A DNA stretch of 60,958 nucleotides, the filler included. It is 12 parts of 12 records of this genome, joined end to end, with 100 filler letters (N's around TTAATTAATTAA, not from the genome) between each part and the next. Parts side by side here need not be neighbours in the genome. Positions count along the whole stretch, not along the records: positions 7,832 to 13,420 come from SRR15195285_6387; positions 13,521 to 16,981 come from SRR15195285_6393; positions 17,082 to 22,376 come from SRR15195285_6395; 9 more parts are not named here. The stretch is one strand, 5' to 3'. The notes under the pieces are model-generated. The model did not search any database. It was given only the letters and a program-made list of their open reading frames with translations, and was not told the DNA's origin. Position numbers and translations under genes: made by a program. Of the stretch, positions 10,445-22,476 are shown piece after piece; within the stretch, counting starts at the first letter, position 1; every line of letters starts with the position of its first letter.

Positions 10445-13344
10445 TCAAAAAGGCAGTCGCCAGCGCTCATCAATTGTGGAGATACACAGGTAGAAAATGA
10501 AAATTCCGTATGTCACCAAATAGCCAATGCCAATCATCGGCGTCAGTTTCATCCGGGTCGTGCCCAGCGCTGCACGAGCACACCAACGCGCGCGAGTGAG
10601 CAGTGAACGGTTGTGGTACTAGTAAATCAGTTGCTCCGCCATACAATCACGCAGGCATCAGGCATGCCGGCGGCATCGTTTGCATTAGCCTGTGACTTAC
10701 CAAGTAGAAATAGGGTCAGCACACCGACAAGGATCAGGCATGAGCCGAAAATGTTTCCTTTGTTGACATGATAGCACATCCGAGGCTGCGCGCGCCAAAC
10801 CATCTCTCAGCCAACCACAAATGCAACCACTGTAGGCCCATTGGGGTCATACGGCGCCAACGCGGCTACCACAGGGGTACAAACAGGGACCTGCGCTGGA
10901 CGCACCTGCACGGCTGCGGGCACTCCCGGATTGGCCGGATCTTCATCGCAGTTCGGCCGTATAATTGTTCCGACCATCCACGGGAAGCCAAGCGCGATGA
11001 AAATGTTGAAGGTGTTTGACCCGAATGCGTTTGATACTGCCATGTTGCCCAGACCCTGTCACACGCCCCACGCATCAAAGCGCACAGCACCGTTCTTAGA
11101 TTTTCCATCAAAGTTGCTCGTCATTAGAGCACTTGGCTATGCGTTGCCCACCTGCCGTGCCACGAGTACGGAGGCGAACAGGTTGGGTAGAGAGGTTCCA
11201 GCCGCTGTCACCGTCAACCCCATCAAATCTTCAGGCACCCCTGCGAGGCAGCCGACCTTCTCTGCGGCCATCATCATGCCGTCCGCGAGAAGCGCTAGAT
11301 ACAACACTGCGATAATCATCGTGGCAGGATAGTAGTTGGTCCACCGCACACGCCTGTCGCACCAACACAAGGACCCTGTCAAATTCGGCATCGCTCCAGC
11401 AAAGCAACAGCTTATGAGGTTTGCGACGCACCGAACGTCAGGGATTGTCATGTAAAAGGCTACCAGCATCGGAAAGGTGCATATGTAGAGGATTCTTCTG
11501 CCGGAGGTATCCGGCCACGCGAGCACCGTCGGGTGCTCCTCCATTGCTTGCTGCTGCTCAGCCAGCTGTTGCAGACTTGATTCGCGCAGAATGTCTTCAA
11601 CCTTCATTTCCAGCTTTTCGACCCAAGCCTCGGCCATTTCAGGCTTTTGCGCCTTGAACGTGAAGGTTTCGCTGGGGGTGATAAGCTCGAACTCCGTGGG
11701 AGTAGTTCTTTTGACACCGGTGGCTGACTTAATCGGGATGGAACGGCTGCTGGTTCTGCCTGCAAAGAGCGGGTTTTTGCAGTAGCGCAGCTCAGTGGGC
11801 TTGCTAACCTTCGTATTCGGATCTACTTCGTCATCCGTCAGGATAAACCAGCGGCGCTGCCATTTGGAGCCGCTCATCCGAATCTTGGTATAGTATCGGC
11901 TTGATTTAAACAGAAACCCATGCATCAAGACCTGGCCGTACTCAAAACCGAACATACTGCCGTCCATCGTGACTCGTTGCTGCTGCCGGCTGCTCACGGT
12001 TGACTGCGAGCGTTCGCTATCCTCAAGGAACGGCTGCTCCAGACCCCCCGTCTGAGAATGGTCGCCCGACTTGATCGGGCAGAACATCTTGACAAGGAAT
12101 CCGTACTGCGCGCACACCACAACGTATCCACCATATCCAGAGACGAGGAGGATGCCTTCCCAGAACTGTACTTCTTCGTCCCACAGTACGAAGATGAGCA
12201 GGAAAAGGGAGCCCATGAAGAAGCCGACCTCCCGGATCAACGGGCGCCAGTCCAGCATCAGCCCTGCGCTGCCTGTGAACAAGCAAACAGCCCCGACGAT
12301 AACGAGAATGTTGAACAGCTCCGAGCCGACGACCGTGCCCGCTCCGACGGCCGAGCTATCCATCACTCCAATCAGGGACGCGAACATTTCGGGAGACGAC
12401 GCACCAGCCGCCATGAACGTTGCGCCAGCAATATCGTCAGACATTTTGAGCTTCTCGCACAGAACGTTGAGCGACGGCACGAAGTATTCTTCACAGACTA
12501 TCGCGAGCCCGACGAACATGTAGAACATCGCGATTCCACAGAACAGCATAACCCCGAATCCCTGCGCCCCTTCGCAGCAGCAGTCGACCATTTGTTCCTG
12601 CTCGGCGTCTGCCGCAGTCACCGGATCGCCGGGCCTGATTGCTAGGCTATTATCCGAGCAGACCGCTGAGCATTGCTTTTGCGCGGGCGGTGCGGGGTGC
12701 ACGGGGGGCTCGGGCTCGGGCTGGGGCTCGGGCTCGGGGGGGCCTGCGCATCCCAGCGGCCATTCTGGCAGCTCCCATGTACTCGTCAACTGTTCCGTGC
12801 CGTCAACTGTTGACTTTGACACTTCCCCCAGACTCTTCACTGAGCCACCCTTAAGGGTCAGTATGAACTCGTCCTTGCTGCTCTCCTGGTCTTTGAGATC
12901 AAACTCGTACTGGTAGCGGATCTTCAGCTCTCCACCTGGCATCCGCATCGCACTCATGCCGCACTTCGACTCGAAGCCAGTCTGACATTTCTTGTCGCTG
13001 GTTCCCACCCCGGTACAGGTGCCGCCGACAAACTGCACAGCCGTGCAGTTCGGCGGCGATGGTTGCCCTTCGGCCGGCGGCGACGGCTGCGTGCACCCTT
13101 CGCAATGCAAGGATCCCGCTGGATCTCCCTGCTGGTCGGCGCCGCTGTCGAGCGGCTGGCAGATGCTCACCACATACTGCTCGTCCCCGCCGTCGCTCAA
13201 ATTATACGCCGTCCCCACGAGCGAGTCCAGACAGTACCCCGCGCACTTACAGCTCGCCACATCGCAAGGCTCCCACTCACCGCCCTGCCCCCGCGCTTCC
13301 TCCACGAGCACCACCACCGCCACCAGCCCCGCCCACACCCTCAT
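10445..13344 (-). CDS. K+-dependent Na+/Ca2+ exchanger (NCKX/SLC24-like) with Cys-rich ectodomain and a PH domain in the central loop; introns about 11354-11431, 11056-11151, 10786-10905, 10570-10700
   Basis: Alpha-1 repeat DIAGATFMAAGASSPE…GTVVGSELFNIL; alpha-2 repeat GLTVTAAGTSLPN…GNMAVSNAFGSNTFNI; last exon KLTPMIGIGYLVTYGIF…stop 10445; PH signature HGFLFK…WQRRWFIL…AEAWVEKL. Confidence 0.88.
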
Positions 13345-13420
13345 CCCCCCCTCCCCGCCCCCCCACGCAGCGCTCCTTCAACTCCTAGCTCCTTCAACTC
13401 CACACCCGCATCCCCCCAGC

Positions 13421-13520
13421 NNNNNNNNNNNNNNNNNNNNNNNNNNNNNNNNNNNNNNNNNNNNTTAATTAATTAANNNNNNNNNNNNNNNNNNNNNNNN
13501 NNNNNNNNNNNNNNNNNNNN
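13421..13520. other. Artificial contig spacer
   Basis: 44N-TTAATTAATTAA-44N. Confidence 0.98.
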
Positions 13521-14048
13521 CAGCACCAGCACCAGCACCAGCACCAGCATCACCAGCTTGACCACAGTACGACCAGTAGAGACGTGGCAGACACTAGTAC
13601 AGCTGTCGACGACAACTTGCATTTCAACTTCCCGTATACTCTCAAATTTCTGCAGTGGGAAACAGTACGGAGAATGATTGGTGGCACTGGCAAAGGTGTC
13701 ATACAGCAGTCTGGCTCATCTCTGCCGGAGGAGCAACAGCTGCATCACCCACAGCATGCTATGTCGCCGCCTCATAATCGTGCTAAATCAATCCGTCCAC
13801 AGTCTGCATGTGCCTCGAAGAATCAGCAACAACGTCTTAAACGGCTGATACGGCGGCCAGCATCTGCGGAGCCTACTCAACTGCAACTGCGAAGCAGGCG
13901 AGGCCCAGTGAGCAGACGCTCTGGTGTACACATGGTTTCGTTGAGCGAGGCGAATCGCAACAGCGTGGTGGTGCACTCGTATGGTACTGCTGGTCGCCCT
14001 CATAGACAGTCCACCCCGGGTTGGAGAACACAGAATGCAGTGGTCTAA
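13521..14048 (+). CDS. Possible 3' end of an unknown gene starting in a (QH)n tract
   Basis: Frame is open from the contig start ((CAGCAC)n) to the stop at 14048; no recognisable domain. Confidence 0.3.
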   Translation, partial: QHQHQHQHQHHQLDHSTTSRDVADTSTAVDDNLHFNFPYTLKFLQWETVRRMIGGTGKGVIQQSGSSLPEEQQLHHPQHAMSPPHNRAKSIRPQSACASKNQQQRLKRLIRRPASAEPTQLQLRSRRGPVSRRSGVHMVSLSEANRNSVVVHSYGTAGRPHRQSTPGWRTQNAVV

Positions 14049-14156
14049 CGGAGTAGTATGTCGCACTCGTACGCACGCACAATCATGTGCACGAAAAAGG
14101 ACATTTACTCATCAGCTGCTCAATTCAACAACTCAACATGGCAGCTCAATTTGTTG

Positions 14157-16981
14157 CTATCTGGCTTGCGTTCGATGGTAGCCTGCATTTCCTTGGACTG
14201 CTGCCATTACACGCCGCCTCTGTTCATCCGTCATGTCCGTTGCTTCCAGGCCTTTGACCCCTAGCTCCGTGGCTAAGGCTTGTAACAACGACGTGCATGC
14301 CGTACGCATCGCTCCGTCAGGGTCTTCGACCAACCGGACAGCCCTGGGCAGCACATGTTTCGTGATCAGCTGAGGCTTTTGCCTATACACGGTCGGTACG
14401 ATTGCTGCGGTCTTCTCTACAATAGCTGCCTTGGCCCGGGGGTTGCCAAACGCAATCACGTTTGCAAAGTACTGGACAAGTGACGTGTTGTCGACGTTAT
14501 CGATGAGACTGTCAAGGACATTCATCGTCGTATTCCGCACGCTCGCATTCGCCGAGCCGATTTGCTGGCTAAGGACGGGGATAAGCGTGTTCAGTACAAC
14601 TTCCAGCGAGTCTTTCAGCACGGGAACCATGCGCTCCAATGAACTCAACGCCAGAAGCAACACCTTTGAATTGCCATCGGCCATCCGCAAAGTTAGATGG
14701 TCGAAAATTGTCTGTAGCTTCGGCCCACATTCTACAGGATACTTCAAAACCAAGTCGACCAGCTCAGTCACCGCAGTATGGCGTACTCTCCAGTCGTTGG
14801 CGCTCATGCTGGCGTAACGCTGATCCATCCCCTCCAGCTCTGGGATCTCCTTCGTTGCGCGCGTTGCAGTGCTCACAGATCTCCGCGGCACCCGCCTTGG
14901 ATTTCGCCCCTTATCGCGCCCGTCACCGTGTACAGTGAGCGCTTGCAGTGATTCTTCGGCGCCGTCGGTGGCAGCGGTAGCCGATGGCACGCCTTTACCA
15001 GGGCAGGCGCCAGCAGAAGCAGTCAAGCGCCCGACTTGCCCGCGCTTGCCTGACTCCTTCAGGCGACTTGATCTTGGCCCGAAAGACCTGGTCGTGACTC
15101 CAAAACTTTCCACCCCTTGCGCCCGCCCTTGAGCCGCGACTTCGAGTACCTTGCGGCAGGAAGCCTCAGGCGACACAAGTGCGTTGCACTTGCGCTCAAA
15201 TTCTACGGCGTTGTAGAGGCGCGACAGCTTGTATAGCGCTCGCTTGCCGTGTGCGCGACACTCTGGCGAGCTGTCCTGAGCAAAAGCTGCGAGACCTGGA
15301 AACAATCTGTCTGTCTCACGAAACTGGACCAGTTTGTCGCCCTCTTTGTCGATCAGGGACTCTAGATGAAGTGCAGCTTTCGTGCGCAGCTGTGCATTCC
15401 TACTGTTTCCTCCAGCAAGCAGGGCAACCATGGCTGGCCTGGGTCCAGCATGGCTCACCATGGCGTGCAAAGCGTTGTCTGATGCTTCGCAGATGAATCC
15501 ATTCGTCTCGCATGCACGTTTCATCAACACAGGTACTGCTGTGTCAATAACACTATCCATCTGTTTCTTCAAAAACAGAAACATATCGTGAAGTCCCAGC
15601 AACGCGTTGCGGGACACTTGAGATCGCAAGTTCTGAGCCAGATGGAGCATGCTGGCTCCGAGCTCGGTAGAAATGCCGCTGATCGTCTCTGGATGATGCT
15701 TTGCTAAGCGTCGCACGTCGTCTATTCCTTCGTACATGAGGCTCCAATCATCTGACTTCAACTTCTGCGCAACTGACCGGGCGGCTTGCACGCTTGCATC
15801 CATCGGTGTTAGATCCTCAGTCGACAGCAACTCGACTGGCCGAGAGCCGATATCAATCGCACTCTTGCCGGCTGATCTTGATGGCGACATAGGCTCCTCG
15901 CAGTCCAACTGTTTGGAAGACGTTTTGACAGGCGTCGATTTCTTCAGAATTCCCGGTCGTCGGTTCGCAGACCCTTCACGCCGTCCATGTCGAGGGGCAC
16001 TGCCTTGGCCATTTGAGATTGAGCTCGAAGCCGAGGATAAGTCGCGGCGACCACGGGTCGGAGTTGACTGCTGTAGCAAGCCCAACTTGTCGTCGTATCC
16101 ACCGTTGTGGCTACCAGTATCTGCAGCAGCTCTACTCGACGACGCGGAGCTAGGTGCGGACACAGGCGCAGAGCCGACCTGGCCACGCTCTTCGGCGGCA
16201 CGTCGCCTCCGTCTATGGGGAGAACCGACGATCTCCGCTTGCTCAGCTTTTTCCCACCATGGCACGTCGTCAGCACGAGCCTCAGGATCCTCCAAGTAGC
16301 CTGCACCTGTCGGCATGCGATCGTCTGCCGCGAGTGGCTTGTAGCCACTGCCTGTTGGCACGCGTTCATCTGAAGTCGGTAAACCACGGTCCGTTGGGAT
16401 ATTCTCGTCACTTGGAGCACCGTAGGCTGAACCTGTTGGCGTCCGTTCGTTTGAATCGGCTGGCACTGCATCTGGAAGCCACAATCTGACCTTGTCACCT
16501 TTTCGTGGAGATGCGCCGGCGCTTGTTTCACTGGGGTCAGCTGCGCGCAAGGGCATCGCAGTTGGGTGTGCCGGAGGCGCAGCTGCTGGGTCCGCAACTC
16601 CTTCTTGCCGGAATATCCTAGGGCTATGTGACAGATTGGGAGATGACGGTGACCCAAAGCGTTGACCGGGGCTGTTTTCGTACAGCATCTGCGCCGATCG
16701 GTGTCCACCCGTTGGAGAATCAGCTGGATGACGCATGGGTGAAGGTGGATCCATAAGGTCACCCATTGTGGGGGCATCTCCTTTATCCCACCAGCGCTCT
16801 TCCTGATCGTCGTACTCTGGTTGCGGCAACGTCTGGTAGGCATCGTTCTGCTGCCAGTGACTCTGTGGTGCATGCCCACCAGCCTGCTGATAATGCTGCT
16901 GTTGGTACTCTGGTTGGTAGTGTTGCTGTTGGTGCTGTGGGTGTTGCTGATAGTACTGCTGCTGCTGCTGCTGCTGCTGCT
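14157..16981 (-). CDS. TOG-array protein (TOGARAM/crescerin or CLASP-like), two C-terminal TOG domains, 5'-truncated
   Basis: HEAT/TOG motifs LKSDDW…VRRLAKHH…NLRSQVSRNAL…TNGFI and ANDWRVRH…DGNSKV. Frame stays open upstream of 16829 through a Q/H/Y-rich tract to the contig end. Confidence 0.8.
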
Positions 16982-17081
16982 NNNNNNNNNNNNNNNNNNN
17001 NNNNNNNNNNNNNNNNNNNNNNNNNTTAATTAATTAANNNNNNNNNNNNNNNNNNNNNNNNNNNNNNNNNNNNNNNNNNNN
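16982..17081. other. Artificial contig spacer
   Basis: 44N-TTAATTAATTAA-44N. Confidence 0.98.
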
Positions 17082-17212
17082 GTCTCTTGATTTCCCTATG
17101 AATACAATCGATGTACCCCCTTACCCGCCTTACCGCAGTGCAACTTTATTCTCCCGCGGGGCGCGCCGCGGGTCTGTGCGCGCCGCGCGGGGCGATATTT
17201 ACGTACCGTAAT

Positions 17213-20149
17213 ATGCTGGCGCTGCTGCTGGCGCTGCTGTTGCCGTGGTTGCAGGTCGCGGAACCCGCTGGGCCCGCCGCGTCGCCATCACCGCACCTAC
17301 TGGACGTGATTGTGTTCGGCAACGGCAACTCTGAGGCAGCTCACGACCTCAATGCGAGCGGCATGGATGCCACGCAGCGCGGTGATGGAACCCCGAGACG
17401 TTCGCAGTGCCGCAGGCCATCGTCGTGTCGGAGTGGCTGGTCGTCGGAGTCAGTGGTGACTTTTCACATGCGGGTAGACCCAGATGTGCAGAACTACTTC
17501 ACGGTTAAATTTGATGGCTCCGAGAAATCGGTGCGAACCGTCGTCCGCGCTGCCAGACACGCTGCTGCTCTGAGTTGATCCGAGCCATTTCGCCGTTGAC
17601 CCGCAGGCCTCGACAATGGCGACAATTTTGAACGAATCTTTTGGTGGCCGTATTTCAGACGGTGGGTACCCACCAGAGATAGGCATGTGCTTTGGAACAG
17701 GAGACGGAGTCTCGGAAACTCATTGCGCTGATCCAGTATTCGATGGCCGGTGGCAGTATTCCACCATGCTCCTGCCGATGCATCTCACGGACGGAAACAA
17801 GGAGACCAAGTTGACACTGACGACACTGGAGGGCCACTCGATGCAGTCGCTCTTTCGAGGCTACACTCACACGTCAGCGATGGTTCCTCTTCCTGCAGAA
17901 GAGCACCCACCACCCCCGCCGCCAGCAGCGCCACCGATGCCGCGCCCACCGTCGTCTAGCGCTAGTCAATTCGAGTATCTGCTCGATCAGGTGGACGGTG
18001 GGGTGGAACAGGTTATGGCCAGGCAACTCTGGGGACCAACCTGGGATGCTGCAGTAGCTGCAGATCCGTCCAAGAGCGTCCTCACTGGAGGGCTTTGGCC
18101 CCACACTATTGAGGCAGTGAATTTTACAGTGCTGTCAAAAGACCACATTAAAGATGAGTGCGCAGGGGCTTCGACCGGGAGCAACAACAACGGGTTTCGT
18201 GGTCTGGAAGTCATGGCACGCGCATATCACTTGAACAGCAGCAAGTTTCACTTGTCTTCGGACGTTCTGGCTCGCATCGTGGCGGGCGTAGATTATTTTG
18301 GGCTTGCCCAAGGCCTCAACGGCGGATTCGACCCACGCCCTCGATTGTCTGTCGGCTGGATTGGTGCTCCGAATCGGAAAAATGGTAGTGGCTGTTTGGA
18401 GGGGTACGGCCACATGGGTTTTTCTGCTGCAGTTGACTTGGTTGCCGAGGTGGTCAGCAATGAGACACTCTCGGAAATGGTGGACGCAGATGATACCGGT
18501 CAGAAGACCTTGACGCGACGGGATTCATGGGCACGTCTGTTGGTCAACTCGCGCGACTACCTGCAGTGGAATCGTGGCCATGCGCCGAACCAGGACCTTG
18601 CGGACATCCTGGCAGCTCAAATTGCTGACCATGGTCTCGGCAAGATTGCCCCGTCTTGCCGCATCTCGCGCGAAGCTATGCTTCGCGGAGTGAAGCAGGC
18701 CGTTGGCATTCTGCAGCAACCAGCCGATGGGTGGCCGTACAAGCCGCCTCCTGGGTACGGGCCCGTCAGTTCAACCAATCCTGGGTACTGGTTTTCGAAA
18801 GAAGGCATCTCAATGGAGCCAAATACAAATGTGAACGGTGGCTACTCCCACGGATATGTGAGACTGATTCGCAGGGGGCCGTCTACTGTGCGTTTGAACC
18901 CTGTTTTTCGATTTGACCATGTGCATGTCACGACCACATGTGCGCAGGGCGATGAAGAATGGGCACTTGGATGGCTAGCCAAGCTGGTGGACGATGATGA
19001 TGTCACCGAACTTGCGCGCCTTCATGTCCAGAACTTCGGACGATTTCGCTACGAGGATAACTGCCAGACGAACATTTCTGCAGCAGATGCCAGCATGGTG
19101 ACCTCGCGGTGCATGCGGTTGGAGTCGGTGATCACCTGGGTGAGATTCCATTTTCTACCAGCCTTCTCAATTGAATCGCTGCTGAACCCGAGTCTCCATG
19201 CTACTAACAAGCAACATCGTATCACGTTGCTGCATTCTGCGCGCTCGCGCAGAGACACAACAAAAATCCAGGTTCAATTAGTTACGGCGGAGGCGACCCA
19301 GGGGCGTTCGTAGCACTCATCGCGCAGGAGCCGACATCTATCCGACTCGCGCAGCTGCGGATTCAGCATGCACAGGTGTACGCACTCGATGTAAAATCCG
19401 ATGCGGCAACCCTCTCTCCGCACTGGCCAGATCTGTTGGCCGAATCGATGAGTGCGTACCCTTCACTTGCCCCACTTTCTCTCAGCCGAAGCATCAGTTC
19501 TATTGTGATTGTGGCCACTGTGCATAAGACCTACTGGCGGAGAGGTGCGGCGTCTGCGCTGACATCTATGCTAACCAGCTACTGTGCTCCTGCTGCAGTT
19601 TGGTTGGAGAATTTCAATCAGCTGGCTGCGCTACCTCCGACAAGCTTCCGTCTCCCGATGGAGAATGACGCACCAGACTTTGCTTGGGTAGACGTGCAGG
19701 CAGGCGCGGTGGCCGTCAAGCATGCTGGAGTGAGATTGTTTGCTTCGCTGCAGTGGAGGCACGGCTATCGGAACCCGCATGGGCCGCGGGTCCCGTCAAA
19801 CGTCGCGCTCAATAACGTGAGCCGGGTGCACTACACTGTGCTCGGGGGAGGGGATGGCATCTCCCAGGTGGTGGGCTCAGTCGACCATATCATCAACGTG
19901 CAGATGCAGTGGATGAAGGGCGCAAACGCTGGGTGGTCGAGGCTATACGCAACGGAGCCAATCGGTGACTTCGTCATCGCGATGAATGGGGCACCCAACG
20001 AGACGCTTCAATGGCCTCTGCCCCCAAGCTACGTGGGGCGGGACGCAGTGGATCTGATCAGCGGTCGCAAGCATTGTGACCTGGGCGCGGCGGCACCAGT
20101 CGGACCATCTACAGCGGTGGTGCTGTGGAAGACGCGATGCTTGGGCTGA
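17213..20149 (+). CDS. Secreted bacterial-like hypothetical protein, possibly glycan-active; introns 17531-17606, 18858-18947, 19140-19252, 19452-19598
   Basis: Signal peptide MLALLLALLLPWLQVA; LDVIVFGNGNSEAAH…VDPDVQNYFTVKF; phase-consistent GT-AG introns join three ORFs (…ITW|RHNKNPG…). Confidence 0.65.
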
Positions 20150-20492
20150 GCCGCATATTGCGCTCGGCCTGATTGTGTCTCGTTTGGTGCGCTTGCGTCA
20201 CCACATCAGGCACTTATCTGAGCTGTGGACGCCTCTGAACATGGTTCTGAACGTGGTTCTAGAATTTCATCCTTACACCTCGATATTTTGAACCGTACTA
20301 GATCTACCAGGCAGTACATCACCGGTACATGGAGTATGACACTGTTGTAGCTACATTGTAGACAGGTATACAACACGATATCATCATAAGATAAACAGTC
20401 TTCAGTTAATTACGTGGCCCGGCCGGCATGCCTTAGTAGCATAGGGCGCGCTCTGGAGCATTAGCAGAGCTACAGCAACGCACACGGGCGAT

Positions 20493-22376
20493 TCACTCCG
20501 TATCTCCTGTATCACCCTGCGATGGTTCCGGTTCTTCGTCGGAGCCATGTCCCCAATTTATTGGGTTGGCTATGTTCAAATCTTCGTCCTCCTCGTCTGA
20601 CCCCATGAGTGGGTTGGATATCTTCATCGCTTGCACATCCCCTGACTTCGCGTTCTTTGACTTCGCTTTCTTTGGTTGCGTCCAAGGCTTAACCTTCTTG
20701 ACCATTATCTGCTCAATGATCAGCTCGATTACCGCGCCCAAGGTGTCATCGTCGTCGTCAGCCTCATCGAGTTTGCGCTGCTCTATACCGGCTTCCCTTG
20801 CCCTCTGTTTGAGGGTTGACAGCTTCTCGACGCTGAGGTCCTGGCGCATCTTCCGATAAGCCGCCTCTTTCATCATCTTGATCCTGTCAAAGAACTGGTC
20901 TACAGTTGGCATCATCAAGCCCAGCTCCATTCGTGCCTTCTCTACCGCCTCATTCGGGTCCAAGGGACAGCCAGTCTTTCGCTCGCAAAGCGAGTATAAC
21001 ACTTCGTGGAAGTTAAATTCGGCATCAGGGCTAATCATGTTCATGTCCTTGGTGATGTACGTGTACTTAGGATCTCTTTCCTTCGAGTTCGCGGTCACCA
21101 GATACCGACTTAGCGTCCCTCCCGGACGCTCCGGTAGTCTGAGCGAGTGCGGGTCGATTGGCTGCTCCCCCGCCTCGGGCTCGTAGCCCAAGGCGCGGCA
21201 GTTAGATCGTACACCGCCAACGCGCGGGAGCTGTCCAGTCACGGGGTCCCTTTCTCCATCCTCATCCTCGACACCATTGATGAATTCATCCCACTTGGAA
21301 AACTTGATGGAACCCGTACCTTGGTTATCATACTTTTGCCACTCCCGACAGAAATCGTCCAAGTCACATCGTGTGATTTCCAGCCCGTCCGACTCCCACA
21401 GTTCCATGTAGCGGCCGAGCACGATGTCAATGAAGAGAGTAATCATCGTAAATTCCATGAGAATCCAGAACACAAGGAAGTACACATGAGCCTGCGCAGG
21501 GTCACCACAGGTGCCATCCGCTTCGCTGCACTGCGCAACCGGACGCGTCTCCTGGACCATGCATGCATGCAGCACACATGTAAACTTGTCGCCGGTTGAT
21601 ATGCCAAACAATGTTAGCATTGCTGTCGGCACGTCTTGAAAGTTCTGGTCTTCGGTTAGGCAACCGTGTAGCCGTACTTGCCCAAACAGATTCATGCCGA
21701 CCACGCCGAACATATACAAAACAATGCAGACAAAGAACACAACATTGCCGATGGCAGGCATAGCATCCGTGAACGTGTCCAAGATGAGCTTCAAGCTTTC
21801 CACCCGCTTGCTGAACTTGAGGACCCGGCTGACCCGTCCAACGACCCGCGCAATGCGGAGTAGACGGAAAGTTGATGCGTCCATCTTGCTACGCAAGTCC
21901 GTCACATCGAGAAAGTACTCGAACCAGCTAACGAATACAACAAAAGCATCGAACCGATTCCACTTGAAGCCATCCTCGAAGTTGTCAGCCCAGTAGTCGC
22001 GCCAGGTGAAGGCCCAGATTTTAGCAACCATCTCACCCGTAAATACAAGCGTGCACATAAAGTTTAGACTTTCGTAAAAGTAGTACCATTCCACAGGCTC
22101 ACCTTCGTACGGCATGGCGAGGACAGCCACGTTGAAGACAATTGCACCGATCATAGCCAGTTCGAAAATTGGATTCGTTACGATCGCAAAGACCGGCACT
22201 CGATCGGCGCGCTTGGCTTCATATGACACCCAAGGCTTGACTTGGGCAAGTACTCTCATCGTGTTCAGCCAGTCTATTTGGCTTTTGGTGAAGTCCGGTG
22301 TCTTGGCCTTCTTGAGTTTGGTGTACTTCGTGAAGATCACCCCAACGTACAGATTGTAGAGGAACAAGCTGTGGAT
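20493..22376 (-). CDS. Four-domain voltage-gated Ca2+/Na+ channel: III-IV linker, domain IV and C-terminal tail (5'-truncated)
   Basis: LNLYVGVI-type IIIS6 end; WNRFDAFVV; S4 FRLLRIARVVGRVSRVLK; GMNLFG; pore LFGISTGDKF; EF-hand-like FCREWQKYDNQGTGSI. Confidence 0.88.
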   Translation of the reverse strand: MHSLFLYNLYVGVIFTKYTKLKKAKTPDFTKSQIDWLNTMRVLAQVKPWVSYEAKRADRVPVFAIVTNPIFELAMIGAIVFNVAVLAMPYEGEPVEWYYFYESLNFMCTLVFTGEMVAKIWAFTWRDYWADNFEDGFKWNRFDAFVVFVSWFEYFLDVTDLRSKMDASTFRLLRIARVVGRVSRVLKFSKRVESLKLILDTFTDAMPAIGNVVFFVCIVLYMFGVVGMNLFGQVRLHGCLTEDQNFQDVPTAMLTLFGISTGDKFTCVLHACMVQETRPVAQCSEADGTCGDPAQAHVYFLVFWILMEFTMITLFIDIVLGRYMELWESDGLEITRCDLDDFCREWQKYDNQGTGSIKFSKWDEFINGVEDEDGERDPVTGQLPRVGGVRSNCRALGYEPEAGEQPIDPHSLRLPERPGGTLSRYLVTANSKERDPKYTYITKDMNMISPDAEFNFHEVLYSLCERKTGCPLDPNEAVEKARMELGLMMPTVDQFFDRIKMMKEAAYRKMRQDLSVEKLSTLKQRAREAGIEQRKLDEADDDDDTLGAVIELIIEQIMVKKVKPWTQPKKAKSKNAKSGDVQAMKISNPLMGSDEEDEDLNIANPINWGHGSDEEPEPSQGDTGDTE

Positions 22377-22476
22377 NNNNNNNNNNNNNNNNNNNNNNNN
22401 NNNNNNNNNNNNNNNNNNNNTTAATTAATTAANNNNNNNNNNNNNNNNNNNNNNNNNNNNNNNNNNNNNNNNNNNN
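22377..22476. other. Artificial contig spacer
   Basis: 44N-TTAATTAATTAA-44N. Confidence 0.98.

Noticed and set aside
11354-11431. Stop-free in-frame introns (also 18858-18947, 19452-19598, 56566-56643, 59362-59445) as regulated retention or inteins
   Set aside because: Ordinary GT-AG introns; such cases are expected for short GC-rich introns and show no intein motifs.
17531-17606. Introner-type repeated introns
   Set aside because: Introns share only splice signals (often GTGCG…CAG); no internal similarity seen by eye.
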